Origin: Octopus sinensis
Lineage: Eukaryota
Direction of reading: 5' to 3'
Assembly (NCBI RefSeq): GCF_006345805.1
Contig: NW_021834228.1
Span: 8,947-72,946, forward strand
DNA length: 64,000 nucleotides
This document shows, in pieces, positions 12,815-28,545 of the stretch. Numbering within the stretch: position 1 is the stretch's first letter; the number at the start of each line of letters is the position of its first letter. Below the pieces are notes generated by a model. It saw nothing but the letters and a program-made list of their open reading frames with translations. It was not told the DNA's origin and did no database searches. Made by a program: the position numbers and the translations under genes.

Positions 12815-12934
12815 ATGGTTCCGGGTTCAGTCCCACTGCGTGGCATCTTGAGCAAGTGTCTTCTGATATAGCCCCGGGCAGACCAAAGCCTTGTGAGTGG
12901 ATTTGGTAGACGAAAGTGAAAGAAGCATGTCGTA

Positions 12935-13022
<88 letters not shown>

Positions 13023-13245
13023 ATGTATGTATGTGTGTGTGTTTGAGCGTCTGTGTTTGTCCCCATAGCATTGCCTGATGCTGGTGTGTTTACGTCCCTG
13101 TCACTTAGCGGTTCGGCAAAAGAGACCGATAGAATAAGTACTGGGCTTACAAAGAATAGGTCCCGGGGTCGATTTGCTCGACTAAAGGCGGTGCTCCAGC
13201 ATGGCCGCAGTCAAATTACTGAAACAAGTAAAAGAGAGAAAAGAG
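12815..13245 (+). mobile_element. SINE-A, 5' truncated
   Basis: Matches 2783-3200 from the B-box onward. Confidence 0.9.
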
Positions 13246-13274
13246 AGTATGCCTGCTGTTGAATGAAGACAAAG

Positions 13275-13540
13275 CAGACGTAAACACACCAGCATCGGTT
13301 GTCAAGCAATGCTAGGGGGACAAACACAGACACACAGACATATACACACACACTTATATATATATACATATATACGACAGGCTTCTTTCAGTTTCCGTCT
13401 ACCAAATCCACTCACAAGGCATTGGTCGGCCCGGGGCTATAGCAGAAGACACTTGCCGAAGATCCTACGCAGTGGGACTGAACCCGGAACCATGTGGTTG
13501 GTTAGCAAGCTACTTACCATACAGTCACTCCTGCGCCTAT
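13275..13540 (-). mobile_element. SINE-A 5' two-thirds, inverted relative to the 12815 copy
   Basis: Reverse complement of the SINE-A head and body, ending CACTCCTGCGCC. Confidence 0.9.
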
Positions 13541-14612
13541 ATATATATGTATATAAATACATATATGTGTGTATGTATATAAATACATATATGTATGTAT
13601 GTATATACGATATATATATATGTATACATCTATATCTATATATCTACAGACATATGCAAACATTTTATATATGTATAATATATATATATATATACATATA
13701 TATATGTGTGTGTGTGTGAACATATATCATATATATATATACATGCATATATATATATATATATATGTACATGTATATGTATATATATGTGTATATATAT
13801 ATAAACGTATATATATATACATACGTATGATATACGAGAGTTGGACAGCTGCCTATATTTAGATGATTAATTGTTTGTCTGCTGGTTTCTTTGTTTCAAT
13901 TCTCTTCTCAACTACAGTTGTCTTTCATACGGCAGTGACTTTACGAGGTGAGCTGCCTGTAGTAAAAATATCAACACCATAATCAGTAGACAGAGTCACA
14001 CATGTTCCGTTTATGTGTAGGAAACGTATAAATTTCGAATAGCGATCATTTACCAATCTATCTAATTTCTAATCACAATTTGTCATATTAAGTAATTCCT
14101 ACACGTTTTCCACCCCAAAAAAGTACAACGATCAATATATTTATATTTACCCATCGTTTTTATTATACCCAATGAGTACAGCACTTATATAAGAGAAGTT
14201 GTGTGTGACGACTTCATAAAGAAACTTCAAAGTGAATCTAGAAAATATTGCTTACATATATATCAATTGAGATTAAATACATATATTTTAGAAATATTAT
14301 TTATAAAAATTAGTGATTTTGTTTCTTATACAGACAGAAAATGAATAATCAATACGAATGTCTTTAATGTATAATTTCCCTTTCTATATTCATGACTATT
14401 AAATGATTGATTAAGGGAACACCTTTCAATATAATAGTAGACATCAAACGCAGATTATATATGCTTACATACACACATACAAACGAACATACATGCATGT
14501 GCACACGTACATATAGAAACACTTATATATTAACATATAAATAAATAAATATATATATATATAAGTGTGTGTGTGTATCCATATATTATATATATATTCA
14601 TATATCTATATC

Positions 14613-14665
<53 letters not shown>

Positions 14666-14883
14666 CATACGTACACATGTGTATCTATCTATCCATCTAT
14701 CTATCTATATATATACACACACACATAAACGTTTCCCTGAAACAAATTTAAAAGATGTAAGTATATATATATACATGTGTTTGTGTTTGTGTGTGCATGT
14801 AAATAAATAAATGAATGGTGTTAAATTAAGGCATTGTTCAAATACTTTTACTCGCAAGACAACATTGATATTACTCCACAAAT

Positions 14884-14957
<74 letters not shown>

Positions 14958-16357
14958 TTTATTTAAAAGCAGCAGAAATTCAACAAAACCTGTTACTCGG
15001 AGTTTCACGTTCATTTGCGGAGTGGAGGGTGAAGGTGGTAACAAGAACAGGACAGTGAGAACAAAACAGTAAAAAAAGCAAACGGTGAGCGCTGCTGAAG
15101 CAAAACGATAGAAGAATTATTATGAAGCTAGGAGGACGAGCTATGAGAGGAGACAGGCATGAACGCGTTTCCTCTTTTGGAAGTAAATGGACAGAAAGAT
15201 AGATTCCCTTTCGTCACGTGTCAGCGACGAGAGAATCGTGGAGGAAAAGTGAGAGAGAGGGAACGGTGAAGAGAAGAGGGGAAGAATATGAAAGGTGCTT
15301 ATAAACCGCCCTTTTTAATTTGTTATTTACACTTTAGCCGTTTTGGAAATCAACACACTTTTATAACGGTTCCTTCTTTTATAAGACAGACAGAGGTAGT
15401 TGAATGTAACCCTAGGTGTTAAGCGCCGCCGATGAGTATTAAGATGATATTCATCAGAATCTTAAAACGCAATCAGCCTATATACGATACGGCCTTACCT
15501 CCCTTTTTCTGTCATTAAAACTGTGCGTTTGTAGCTTTTGAGTTAGTTTAACTCTTATCTTTACTACAAGCGGTATTAGTCACTACCATCTGTCACTTTT
15601 GTAGCTTCTATTAATATATATATATATATGTGTGTGTGTATGTGTGTGTGTGTGTGTGTGTGTGTTGTGTGTGTGTGTGTGCGTGTGTGTGTGTGTGTGC
15701 GTTTCTGTATATACACATATAAAAATGGTAGTTTTTAGAACTTATCACGCCCCAATCAGTTTCACATTTACAATTTTTTCTGAGTTGATAAATAATGCAG
15801 GCTTTCGCTCTCAATATATTTCTCCACATTTTTCTTAAATTTGTTGCTTCAATTTTCTTTTTTTAATGCAAGCACATATAGACGAAAGGTCAGAAAAATA
15901 TATGTTTAGACAGTAATTATGCAGTCTTATCTACGTAACATTACTTTCCTTGTTTGTATTCACACACGCGTGCATACAGAAATATAATATATACATAAGG
16001 AAATACATACAGGAGCATAAAACCAGACTTGTAAATATACATATGCATATATATGTAGGTGCGTACGTATATAAGTATGGATGTACGTATAACAGTATTA
16101 TATATGATTTACTAATTATCGATATACGTAATGCTCGAAGATGTTTTTATTTGTTACGCGACTAATCATTATATCTTCTTGTATTGTTATGTCGAAGTAA
16201 GTGTATTTATGATTTGCTCTTTTGGGCCAAGGAAAGTTCAGATAATTCACCAAGATATTGCAATGGTGAGAAAAAAAATTGTCTTGTTAACAGCTATTTT
16301 TGCAAATAAATTCCAGTGATTATATCGATTTCGTCTCGCTTACGATGGAACAAATAT

Positions 16358-18469
<2,112 letters not shown>

Positions 18470-19259
18470 GTAAAAGTAATATGTGACAATTTTTCCGTAG
18501 CCATGATAAAACTCCTATTTTCGGATGCCGAGGCGAGGTGGAAATCCACGCCGCCATCTCTTACGTTGTCCGGCCATCGGAAAAATGCTATGAAAAATGA
18601 CCGTAATACAAAGGGGAATTACTGGTTCATTGATCGTTACTAAGACAAAAGAATTATTCCAATGAGCGTTAAGTAAGTTAAGGGGGTAAGAAGCTCATAG
18701 TATTCGTGTAAGCATGCCTGTTCATACCTACACATGTACGCGCGCATAACAACGTGCGTGTGCTTAAAGCTACACATTTATTTACCCTCAGTTCAAAACA
18801 TACACATCTTCACTCTCACCCTTCCCCAAATGTATATGCATATACGTACAACCTCCCCCCAACACACACACACACACGCATCATAAAGGTTCGTATACAC
18901 GTCTATATACGCACAAGCACAAGAAAAAACAGGATTAAGGTTAACAATACAGAAAAAAAGCATAAGGGAGTTTATAAAGTGTGAGGAGGTGTACGTAGTT
19001 CTGATACATGGAGAGATACAGCATAACACATAGTGTGAAAATGCTGACCATTTGTAATACAAGTACTACACATTTTTACTAGCCGGTTGGCCTGGAGCAT
19101 CGTCAAAAAAAGAGTCTTGCTCAAGGACAGAACGCGTCGCCAATATTTGAACACATGTCCTTACGATACTGAGCCGAATACTCTAATCACTATGCCACGC
19201 ATTTTCACCGCCTCTCTCTCACTCTCTCGCTGTCGTGCACACACACATTTAGAATAAAT

Positions 19260-19647
19260 TGGTGGAAGCACTCCGTCGGTTACGATGACGAGGGTTCCGG
19301 TTGATCCAATCAACGGAACAGCCTGCTCGTGAAATTAACGTGTAAGTGGCTGAGCACTCCACAGACACGTGTACCCTTAACGTAGTTCTCGGGGATATTC
19401 AGCGTGACACAGAGAGTAACAAGGCCGGCCCTTTGAAATACAGGTTCAACAGAAACAGGAAGTAAGAGTGTGAGAAAGTTGTGGTGAAAGAGTACAGCAG
19501 GGATCACCACCATCCCTTGCCGGAGTCTCGTGGAACTTTAGGTGTTTTCCCTCAATAAACATTCACAACGCCCGGTCTGGGAATCGAAACCGCGATGCTA
19601 CGACCTCGAGTCCGCTGCCCTAACCACTGGGTCATTGCGCCTCCACA
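19260..19647 (-). mobile_element. tRNA-derived SINE family C with 12 bp TSD
   Basis: Head TGTGGAGGCGCAATGACCCAGTGGTTAGGGCAGCGG...GGTTTCGATTCCC. TSD TTTAGAATAAAT at 19248-19259 and 19648-19659. A SINE-A 3' remnant follows. Confidence 0.85.
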
Positions 19648-19824
19648 TTTAGAATAAATAGTGGGCTTACAAAGAATCAATTCTGGTGTTGATTTCTTCC
19701 ACTAAAGGCAGTGCTCCAGCATGGTCGCAGTCAAATGAAAACAAATTCAAAATTAAACCAATAAAACTGTATATAACTGACAAGCGTGTTTTCAGGAGTC
19801 CCATTCTCTTACAGTATCAAATTG

Positions 19825-20220
19825 TATACTTGGCATTCAAAGTTACCCCAATCGCAGAACGGGGCGCCACTGCATTGTGCCAGATTCCAACATCACCATC
19901 AAAATACAGGACCAGATACTGCAATGGCTTGGGTTTCAGAGGACCACAGCTCTTCAACATCCTCCCTAAATGCCTGAGAGACTTGCATGGTGTGGATGTA
20001 GGTTTCTTTAAAACTAAACTGGAGCTCTTCTTGTCGGGAGTCCCAGAGGAACCTACCTCACGACAGGAGACACAGATGCCGGCAGGGGCATTGAACTCCC
20101 TTGCTGACAAAGTGCCGCGTATCAGAGGTGGATTCACATGTTAGTGTAGCTCATTCGGCGTGGTGCCCCAGCATGGCCGCAGCCTTCGGGCTGAAACATT
20201 TTTAAGGATTTAAGGATTTA
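19825..20220 (+). mobile_element. 5'-truncated CR1/L2-group LINE (ORF2 C-terminus + 3' UTR)
   Basis: RYCNGLGFRGPQLFNILPKCLRDLHGVDVGFFKTKLELFLSGVPEEP; 3' stem-loop CAGCC-TTCG-GGCTG; (TTTAAGGA)n tail. Confidence 0.85.
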
Positions 20221-20559
20221 ACACCAGAAAAACCTGAGTAAATTTACACCTAGTGGGGATGTCGTCCTTAATAAAAATCTGTCTGACATCAATTGTCTGA
20301 CGCAACACTACGTCTGAAAAGGGTAAACTACTGCGTTTTTGTGCAAATTAAGTTTTCTTCAAGTTTTGGTTAATTAGTCTTAATACATGAGGAATATAGC
20401 GTTTAGATGCTAAATCATTCTGCTGTTTGCCCAGAAGAAAACTCTCGGAACCACTTCACGTATATATGCTTCTCTCCTCTTTTTCGTCCATTTCCCACTT
20501 TTCACACATTTACTTATACACTCACACACACACTTAGACACACACACCACACACACACA

Positions 20560-20592
<33 letters not shown>

Positions 20593-20786
20593 GCACGCAC
20601 GCACGCACACACACACACACACAAATATATATATACATATATATATATGTATGTATATATATATCGTGATAAGTAAAAACCATTAGTTATGAGATAACAC
20701 CTATGGAAATAACATTTAATTGGTTAGGCAGAACACGCTGATACTAGCTTAGCACATAACTACACAAGAATATTATATATATTATA

Positions 20787-21170
20787 TACAGGAGTGACTG
20801 TGTGGTAAGTATCTTGCTAACCAACCACATTGTTCCGGGTTCAGTCCCACTGCGTGGCATCTTCGGCAAAAGTCTTCTACTCTAGCCCCGGGCCGACCAA
20901 TGCCTTGTGAGCCTGTCGTATATATGTATATATATATATGTATGTGTGTGTGTATGTGTTTGTGTGTCTGAGTTTGTCCCCCTAGCATTGCTTGACAACC
21001 GATGCTGGTGTGTTTACGTCCCCGTCACTTAGCGGTTCGGCAAAAGAGACCTATAGAATAAGTACTGGGCTTACAAAGAATAAGCCCCGGGGGTCGATTT
21101 GCTCGACAAAAAGGCGGCGCTCCAGCATGACCGCAGTCAAATGACTGAAAAGTGTAAAAGTGTAAAGAGT
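20787..21170 (+). mobile_element. SINE-A with internal deletion
   Basis: Alignment to the other SINE-A copies. Confidence 0.85.
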
Positions 21171-21256
21171 ATATATATTATATATATTATATATATATAT
21201 ATATTATATATATATTATATATATATATATAATATATATATATATATGTATGTATA

Positions 21257-21289
<33 letters not shown>

Positions 21290-21957
21290 ATGTATCTATG
21301 TATATATGTATGTGTATTTATTTATACACAAAAACAAATAGATATATACCAACATACATACACAAATGCACACAATATTCATACATATATGTTAATATAC
21401 ATAGCGGTACATACGCATGTACGTCTGTTGTGTGAACTACTATATACATGAATAACTTGGCGCATCGTAAGCAATTAAATTGACTTTCCACGGGGGTTTA
21501 CTTAGAAGGCTAATGACTCTTTCTTAACTATCCGCTTGAATAAATTAACTATGAATACACATAAATATCGCTACTTGCTTTTTCAGACAGAAAATTAAAT
21601 TGAAATATATTGGCTAATAAAGCGAGGGAATACGACAAACCCAATACTGAAATATGGTACTGTAAGACAGATACGATCTCCTGACCTGCGGTTTAAGCGT
21701 CCGATATTTTACCCCAAAGCACCAGAGCACACCTCTGTTGTCACAAATTCACATGGCCACATACGACACTCATACACACACACGCACGCAAGCGCACGCG
21801 CACCCACACACACATACATACATGCATGTATATATATATATGTGCAGAGAGAGAGGGAGAGATAGATAGATAAACAGATAGATAGATAATAGATAGATAT
21901 AGATGTATGCGTGTGCTTGTGTTTTTAAGCGTGTATGTTTTTACCTGACACATATAT

Positions 21958-21999
<42 letters not shown>

Positions 22000-22003
<4 letters not shown>

Positions 22004-22063
22004 CATATTGAGAGAGAGAGAGGAGAGAGAGAGGAGAGAGATAGCTTGATAGATAGATGATAG

Positions 22064-22096
<33 letters not shown>

Positions 22097-22934
22097 TCAA
22101 TAGATAGGTAGATAGATAGATAGATATTTTGATAGATAGATAGATATTTTGATAGATAGATAGATAGATAGAGATAGATAGATAGATAGATAGATGATAG
22201 ATAGATAGATAGATAGATAAATCAATAGATAGATAGATAGATTGATAGATAGGTAGATAGATATACAAGCAATGACCACTCGCCTACAAAATACGCGTAC
22301 ACATTCATATATACACACATACACAGCACGGAATCTCTTTACACAATGGTATTCGTAAACTGTCATCAAGTTTATAATAACAAGCTGATATATTGCTTAA
22401 CCCTACTGACATTTGATCTTTTGATCTGAAAATCAAATCGCTTGTCTCCTATAATCGTATAACAATACAATTTTGTTGAAATCCTAGATGATGCATTGAA
22501 TTTCGTCAACAATAGAACATCGGTGAAATATCTGCTTCCGACACAGCAATATATATATTCATATAGGGTTTAAATGATTTTCTCAAAACAGATTTCTGAA
22601 CGCTGCGTATGTCACATTTATGAAGGAGTCTCGAATCATGATTGAATATACACCTCTATGTATAGACGTGTATGTTCTTAATTACTTTGATGCTCTTCTC
22701 GAAGAGTTATTTCTGTGGCAATTTCAATTTTCTGAAGATTTCCGGCGTTAGGTGGAAGCTAAAATTAATTTTCCTACGGTGCTTCTCCCCTTCTTTCGTT
22801 ACCTCCCTCCCTCTCTCAATCACTCTCTCTCTCTCTCTTTCTATCTATCTATCTATCTATCTACTATCTATCTATCTATCTATCTCTCTCTCTCTCTCTC
22901 TCTCTCACTCTCTCTCTCTCTCTATATATATATG

Positions 22935-22985
<51 letters not shown>

Positions 22986-23053
22986 TATATATTTACATAT
23001 TGAGAGAGAGAGAGGAGAGAGAGAGGGGGAGAGAGATAGCTTGATAGATAGAG

Positions 23054-23084
<31 letters not shown>

Positions 23085-23126
23085 GATAGATAGATAAATA
23101 GATAGATATAGATAGATAGATATTTT

Positions 23127-23171
<45 letters not shown>

Positions 23172-23824
23172 ATATATAGATAGATGGATAGATAGACAGA
23201 TAGATAGATAAATCAATAGATAGATAGATTGATAGATAGGTAGATAGATATACAAGCAATGACCACTCGCCTACAAAATACGCGTACACATTCATATATA
23301 CACACATACACAGCACGGAATCTCTTTACACAATGGTATTCGTAAACTGTCATCAAGTTTATAATAACAAGCTGATATATTGCTTAACCCTACTGACATT
23401 GATCTTTTGATCTGAAAATCAATCGCTTGTCTCCTATAATCGTATAACAATACAATTTTGTTGAAATCCTAGATGATGCATTGAATTTCGTCAACAATAG
23501 AACATCGGTGAAATATCTGCTTCCGACACAGCAATATATATATTCATATAGGGTTTAAATGATTTTCTCAAAACAGATTTCTGAACGCTGCGTATGTCAC
23601 ATTTATGAAGGAGTCTCGAATCATGATTGAATATACACCTCTATGTATAGACGTGTATGTTCTTAATTACTTTGATGCTCTTCTCGAAGAGTTATTTCTG
23701 TGGCAATTTCAATTTTCTGAAGATTTCCGGCGTTAGGTGGAAGCTAAAATTAATTTTCCTAGGGTGCTTCTCCCCTTCTTTCGTTACCTCCCTCCCTCTC
23801 TCAATCACTCTCTCTCTCTCTCTT

Positions 23825-23871
<47 letters not shown>

Positions 23872-23920
23872 CTCTCTCTCTCTCTCTCTCTCACTCTCTC
23901 TCTCTCTCTATATATATATG

Positions 23921-23958
<38 letters not shown>

Positions 23959-23960
23959 TA
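22000..23960 (+). repeat. Tandem duplication, ~987 bp period, bounded by (TA)n/(GATA)n
   Basis: CAAGCAATGACCACTCG at 22266 and 23253. The copies differ mainly by homopolymer indels (ACATTTGATC vs ACATTGATC; TCAAATCG vs TCAATCG) and one substitution I could see. Confidence 0.9.
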
Positions 23961-24759
23961 TATGTACATATATACATATATATATATATATATGCGTGTG
24001 TGTGTGGGGGGTGGACTTGTGTGTGCAAGCGTGTGTGTGTACGTGGGCGTGTGTTCGTGTGTGTGTCTGTATTTAACTTCAGATGTATGTATATCTGTAA
24101 GCAGATGTATGTATACGTATATGGATATGTGTCAAATACAAGTATACTACACACACGCACACACACACACACATATATATATGAATATACATACATGCAA
24201 ACACATATACATACATATACATATATATATACATATACACACGCACATATATATATATATATATAATTATATATATACATACACATTTATATATACACAC
24301 ACGCATATATGCATATACGTATATATATATATATGCATATATATATATATATGCATATATACCGACATGTATCTGTTGCGCAGGTGCTTCTTGTTTTCTC
24401 TCTCTCTCTCCCTATCTCTCTCACTCACTCTCTTTATCTCTTTCTCTCTCTCTAAATATACATCATAAGTTTAAATATCAGAATAGTAAATATTTATTAC
24501 TCTATTCCAGAATTAGAGATTAAAGCCAGTTTTGCTTACTTTGGTAAAATTGCGAGCATAATTTTTTGCATATAAATCTTTGTACCGTACTTCTGTTCCT
24601 GCACATGCTGGCACAATAGTTTCTTTGAAATAGTTAGAATGTTCTCTTAACACTGAACGTAGTTTCGACACTAAGTGTCGGCTGGAATTGTCTTACTTGT
24701 TATTCTCTCTCCCTCCCGCTCTCTCTCTCTCTCTCTCTCACTATCCCTCTATCTCGCTC

Positions 24760-24801
<42 letters not shown>

Positions 24802-24825
24802 TATATATATATATATATATATATA

Positions 24826-25245
24826 ACTTATAAATAAGGGCAAGCGAAAAAATTTCTAATGCCAAATATGCCGAAAATTGGACATATTGTTCATTAACCA
24901 TATAACTTTTTCACATTACGCACGCTACTCGAAAAAAAGCCGACAGAAATTTCTAAAAAATTCCATTATTACCATATCGGACCGATTTCAGGGTTAGTTC
25001 GTAAGAACCCTCCCTTCGTCAGTGATAAATGTGGCAAAGAAATAAATGGACGGAGGAAAGGCTGTTATAAGCTAACCCTGAAATCGGTCCGATATGGTAA
25101 TAATGGAATTTTTTGAAATATCTGTCGGCTTTTTTTCGAATAGCGTGCGTATTGTGAAAAATTATATGGTAATTGACAATATGTCCAATTTTCGGCATAT
25201 TTGGCATTAGACAATTTTTCGTTTGCCCTTATTTATAAGTTGTTT
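24826..25245. mobile_element. Head-to-head inverted pair of PLE-like repeats (HHR family 2)
   Basis: ~200 bp arms are reverse-complementary with ~10% mismatch, and each starts near the centre with an HHR motif. Confidence 0.75.
24975..25027 (-). ncRNA. Minimal type-I hammerhead ribozyme (canonical core, GUC)
   Basis: TATCA-CTGACGA-AGGG[18 nt]CCCT-GAAA-TCGG-TC-CGATA, with one A.C mismatch at the base of stem I. A decayed plus-strand homologue lies at 25047-25094. Confidence 0.75.
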
Positions 25246-26373
25246 ATAATTTTTACCTATAAAGGTAATTTTTAATATGCTGGCCATTGATAATTTTTTT
25301 TTTCCGAAAAATATTTTATCCTACATTAAATATATTTATATATATATATTCTCTGATGCTCCTCAGAATTAAACCTTTTCCATCAATGTTTTTTTTTTCC
25401 CCATTTGCCAAATCTGCTCGTTTTTGTTTGAATCAAATTCTATTTCTGTTCGTTTTGGTTGATTTAGAGGAGCGAATATCTGTTGGTCTGTGCCTTATGT
25501 ATTGCTGAATTAGAGATGATAGTTGGATATCATTAACGGTTAAGGTTAACAAAACATCTGCATATTCAAAATGTGTCGAGGGCGCATGACCTAGTCTTTA
25601 CCGTTTTGGACCATGATCAGGAGAACGATATTAGAATTCATGGACCGTTTTTTGAGTTTTGTGCTTGAGCAAAGCAACACAACTCTAGCTGCTCTTTTGA
25701 AATATATGTTTCACCTACGACAATGATATATTTTTGTATCCCATGTCTTGAAAATATTCGCGGTTCTCCTCCTTTGTTACATCGAGATTCGAGAAAAATA
25801 TAGTTATGGTTAAGGCACGTAAATTTGCTTGCCACGTCGTTTCCCCATCCGGCATTACCTACAAAACTTATTCCGTGACTGCAATGAAAGAAAGTGACCG
25901 CTTAACATTGGCTTTGCTAAAACGGACACATTTGTTTGCATATACAAGCAACATATTTTGAAACTTTATTATATTATATAATAGTGAAGCTGGTATTATA
26001 AAATGGTGAAGCGGGTATTTTCTTGTTTTAAGACCAACGTATAATCCAATTTGAAAAATCAATAACAAAACAACATAAAGAGTGCATACAGAACTGCTAT
26101 TTCGAAATGTCCTTCCACATTTCCTTCATAAGCATTATTTAAATTTGAGACTAATATATTTCTATCGTTGAAACGTTGGCTCGCTTCTTGATTACTAAAT
26201 TGTGCGTGACCTGTAGCGTAAATTGAACGTTGTGTAGCCTAAACTATAAAGGTGTAGCGTAAACTGAATTTTGTGAGATGTTGAAATTAACATATTGTTC
26301 CAACATATATTTAAATACGACACACATTGGCATTGTCCATCTTAAGGTCTTGTCTATATTACACAATGTATAT

Positions 26374-26599
26374 TACGATCGTTCCAAAAGCAATATAATT
26401 TGTAAAACTAACCCCCAGTTTTCCGTATAAAAACAGACACGTGCTTTTTGCTGCAGTTTTCGTTTCCGGAATTTAGCGCGCCAGAACTCAGACATTTGAA
26501 ATTAACCCCAATGTAATCGGTGGAACTAAGCACGTGTCTGTTTTATACGGAAAACTGGTGGTTAGTTTCACAAATTATATTGCTTTTGGAACGATCGTA
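26374..26599. repeat. Inverted repeat (~72 bp arms) ending exactly at the HHR core
   Basis: 26374-~26446 is the reverse complement of ~26528-26599. Confidence 0.9.
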
Positions 26600-26663
26600 C
26601 TGATGAGTCCTACGGACGAAGGATTACGTAAGTAATCGTTAATAGACGAAACCGGTATGCGAT
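26594..26663 (+). ncRNA. Minimal type-I hammerhead ribozyme (canonical core, GUA)
   Basis: ATCGTA-CTGATGA-GTC[35 nt]GAC-GAAA-CCGG-TA-TGCGAT. Stem I has 6 bp, stem III is the palindrome ACCGGT, and predicted cleavage is after A26657. Confidence 0.88.
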
Positions 26664-28344
26664 GAATTCTCGTTTTTTATATCATTTTCATCTGTCTTGC
26701 CCGCCTATTGTTCTGGTGTCTGCTGAATTTTTCTCTAGAGAACAGTCTTTCTTTGTAGTTTGATCATAGCTGATCTATTTCTAGCATATGACTGTCCACA
26801 TTGTGGTTTTTAGCCCTTAAAATATACACAATGTATATTACGAATAGATATCTATACAGAATAATATAACATGCATTGAATAAACATATGTTCTGGTAGA
26901 ATTTGACGCGTCTGTTAACCCAACAGGTTTGGGTCCTTTCCAATGAGTGTTAGACTTCTTTGGTTATGAAAATGCAATTATTGTTCATAAATTATTTAAA
27001 TATGGTTCATTACAGCTCTCTGTATTTGTTTATAGGCGTTTTTAATGTCAAAGACACTTGTGTATTTTTATTTGCTATTTACTTCAAATTCAATTTTCGC
27101 CTGAAAATCTATTTTACTTAAGAATTATTTCTAATATTAATATGCCAATCAAATGTTACCCTCGAATATATTTCGGTTTATTTATTATAGACAAAAGAAT
27201 AACATTTATCTTTATTTGTCATTGTGGCTTCTTATATTTTATTCCTCTCTCAATTATTGATTTTCGTTTTATTTAATTTCTTTTCTTATATATCACCTTG
27301 CTGTTTAACCCCATGTCAGGTATGGTCTTGTTAATAACACAACCTAAGCTATTTCCTTAATTATAATGTCTTCCACTTTCGGCAATACAAATATTACCCC
27401 ATGTTTAATAAGTCATTTGATGATGATATCACGGAGAGATTACTGCTATGTCTAGCAGGGAAAACAGCCGCGTAAACGCCTCCCTCGTTACTTTAGTCTT
27501 CATTTTGTTGTATCACAACGTGATTTGGCATTCAATAGTTCTATTAATTTATCTCAAACTGACACAACAGGGACTCAACATAATTGAATATTAAGGTAAT
27601 GGCGTATTTCCAAAATTTGCTTTAGAAAACATTAGACATATGATATATATTTAATGTCGTTGATGTGTGCGAATATGCGTGTGTATGTGTGTCTGTGTGA
27701 AATGCTAAGATTTCTGGTACTTACGCCGAGCACAGTACTGGTTCGGGAAACACAAGAGTAAGTTTTTCACAACCCTGATGGCAATATTCTGTTTTTTGTA
27801 ATAAAGTATACAGCATTGCATAATTGCATATGGCATTTGAAGTAAAAATAAACCGAATATATGTACTATCAATACCATATCGTGTGAGAACTCATCTGCT
27901 TTTGTAGAACTTTGAATATAGCTGTTTTAAAATAATTATCTTCTTTATTTGCCGGTGGTGTAAAGGATGAATATGAGAGATAAAAAGAGTTATGGATATT
28001 GATAATTCTTTTCACGAAAAACATAATAGGAGTGTTTCAAGAAAATATATATTGCAATAAGAAAACCAATAATTCCCATATGCCACTGCTGAACGGAAAT
28101 ATATATAAAAGATGTGATATACCAAACATCATATACAATATCTCAGTGTATCCCATCAGCTGCAACGAGCACAAAAGTAATGCATTTAGGGGCCGTTAAA
28201 AGTTGGACGTGTGAAAAAATTATAAGGGACGTTCAAATGCAACACGTCAGTCAAGCAATGTATCACATGCTAAAATTTGAACTCACGGAATCTAAATTTA
28301 GAAATTCATTGTTGAAAAACAAATATTGACTTCAAAATTTGGCA

Positions 28345-28545
28345 GAAGGAAAGGAATACCGAGACAGTAGGCTGGTGGATTATATCGACCCCCAAAACTT
28401 CACAGGAACTTATTTGATTGATCTCGGAATGAGTAAAGGTAAGTTCAACCAAGGCAGAATTTGAACTCAGAACGTAAAAACTGATGAAATACTATCAAGA
28501 ATTCAGCCTTGTGTGCTAACGATTCTCCGAGTTTGCCACTTTTGA
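28345..28545 (-). mobile_element. Diverged SINE-B
   Basis: GAATTTGAACTCAGAACGTAA and GCTAACGATTCT motifs. Confidence 0.7.

Noticed and set aside
15425-15475. CCGATGA...TCATCAG hairpin resembling HHR cores on both strands
   Set aside because: No GAAA or stem III at a compatible distance.
24990-24997. Telomere-register octamer CTAACCCT/AGGGTTAG in both arms of the 25 kb palindrome
   Set aside because: Only 8 nt and explained as loop II/stem II of the HHR; not a telomeric array.
25047-25820. 9 nt matches to the 5' ends of miR-184 (25047) and miR-124 (~25811)
   Set aside because: The matches do not extend and there is no pre-miRNA hairpin.
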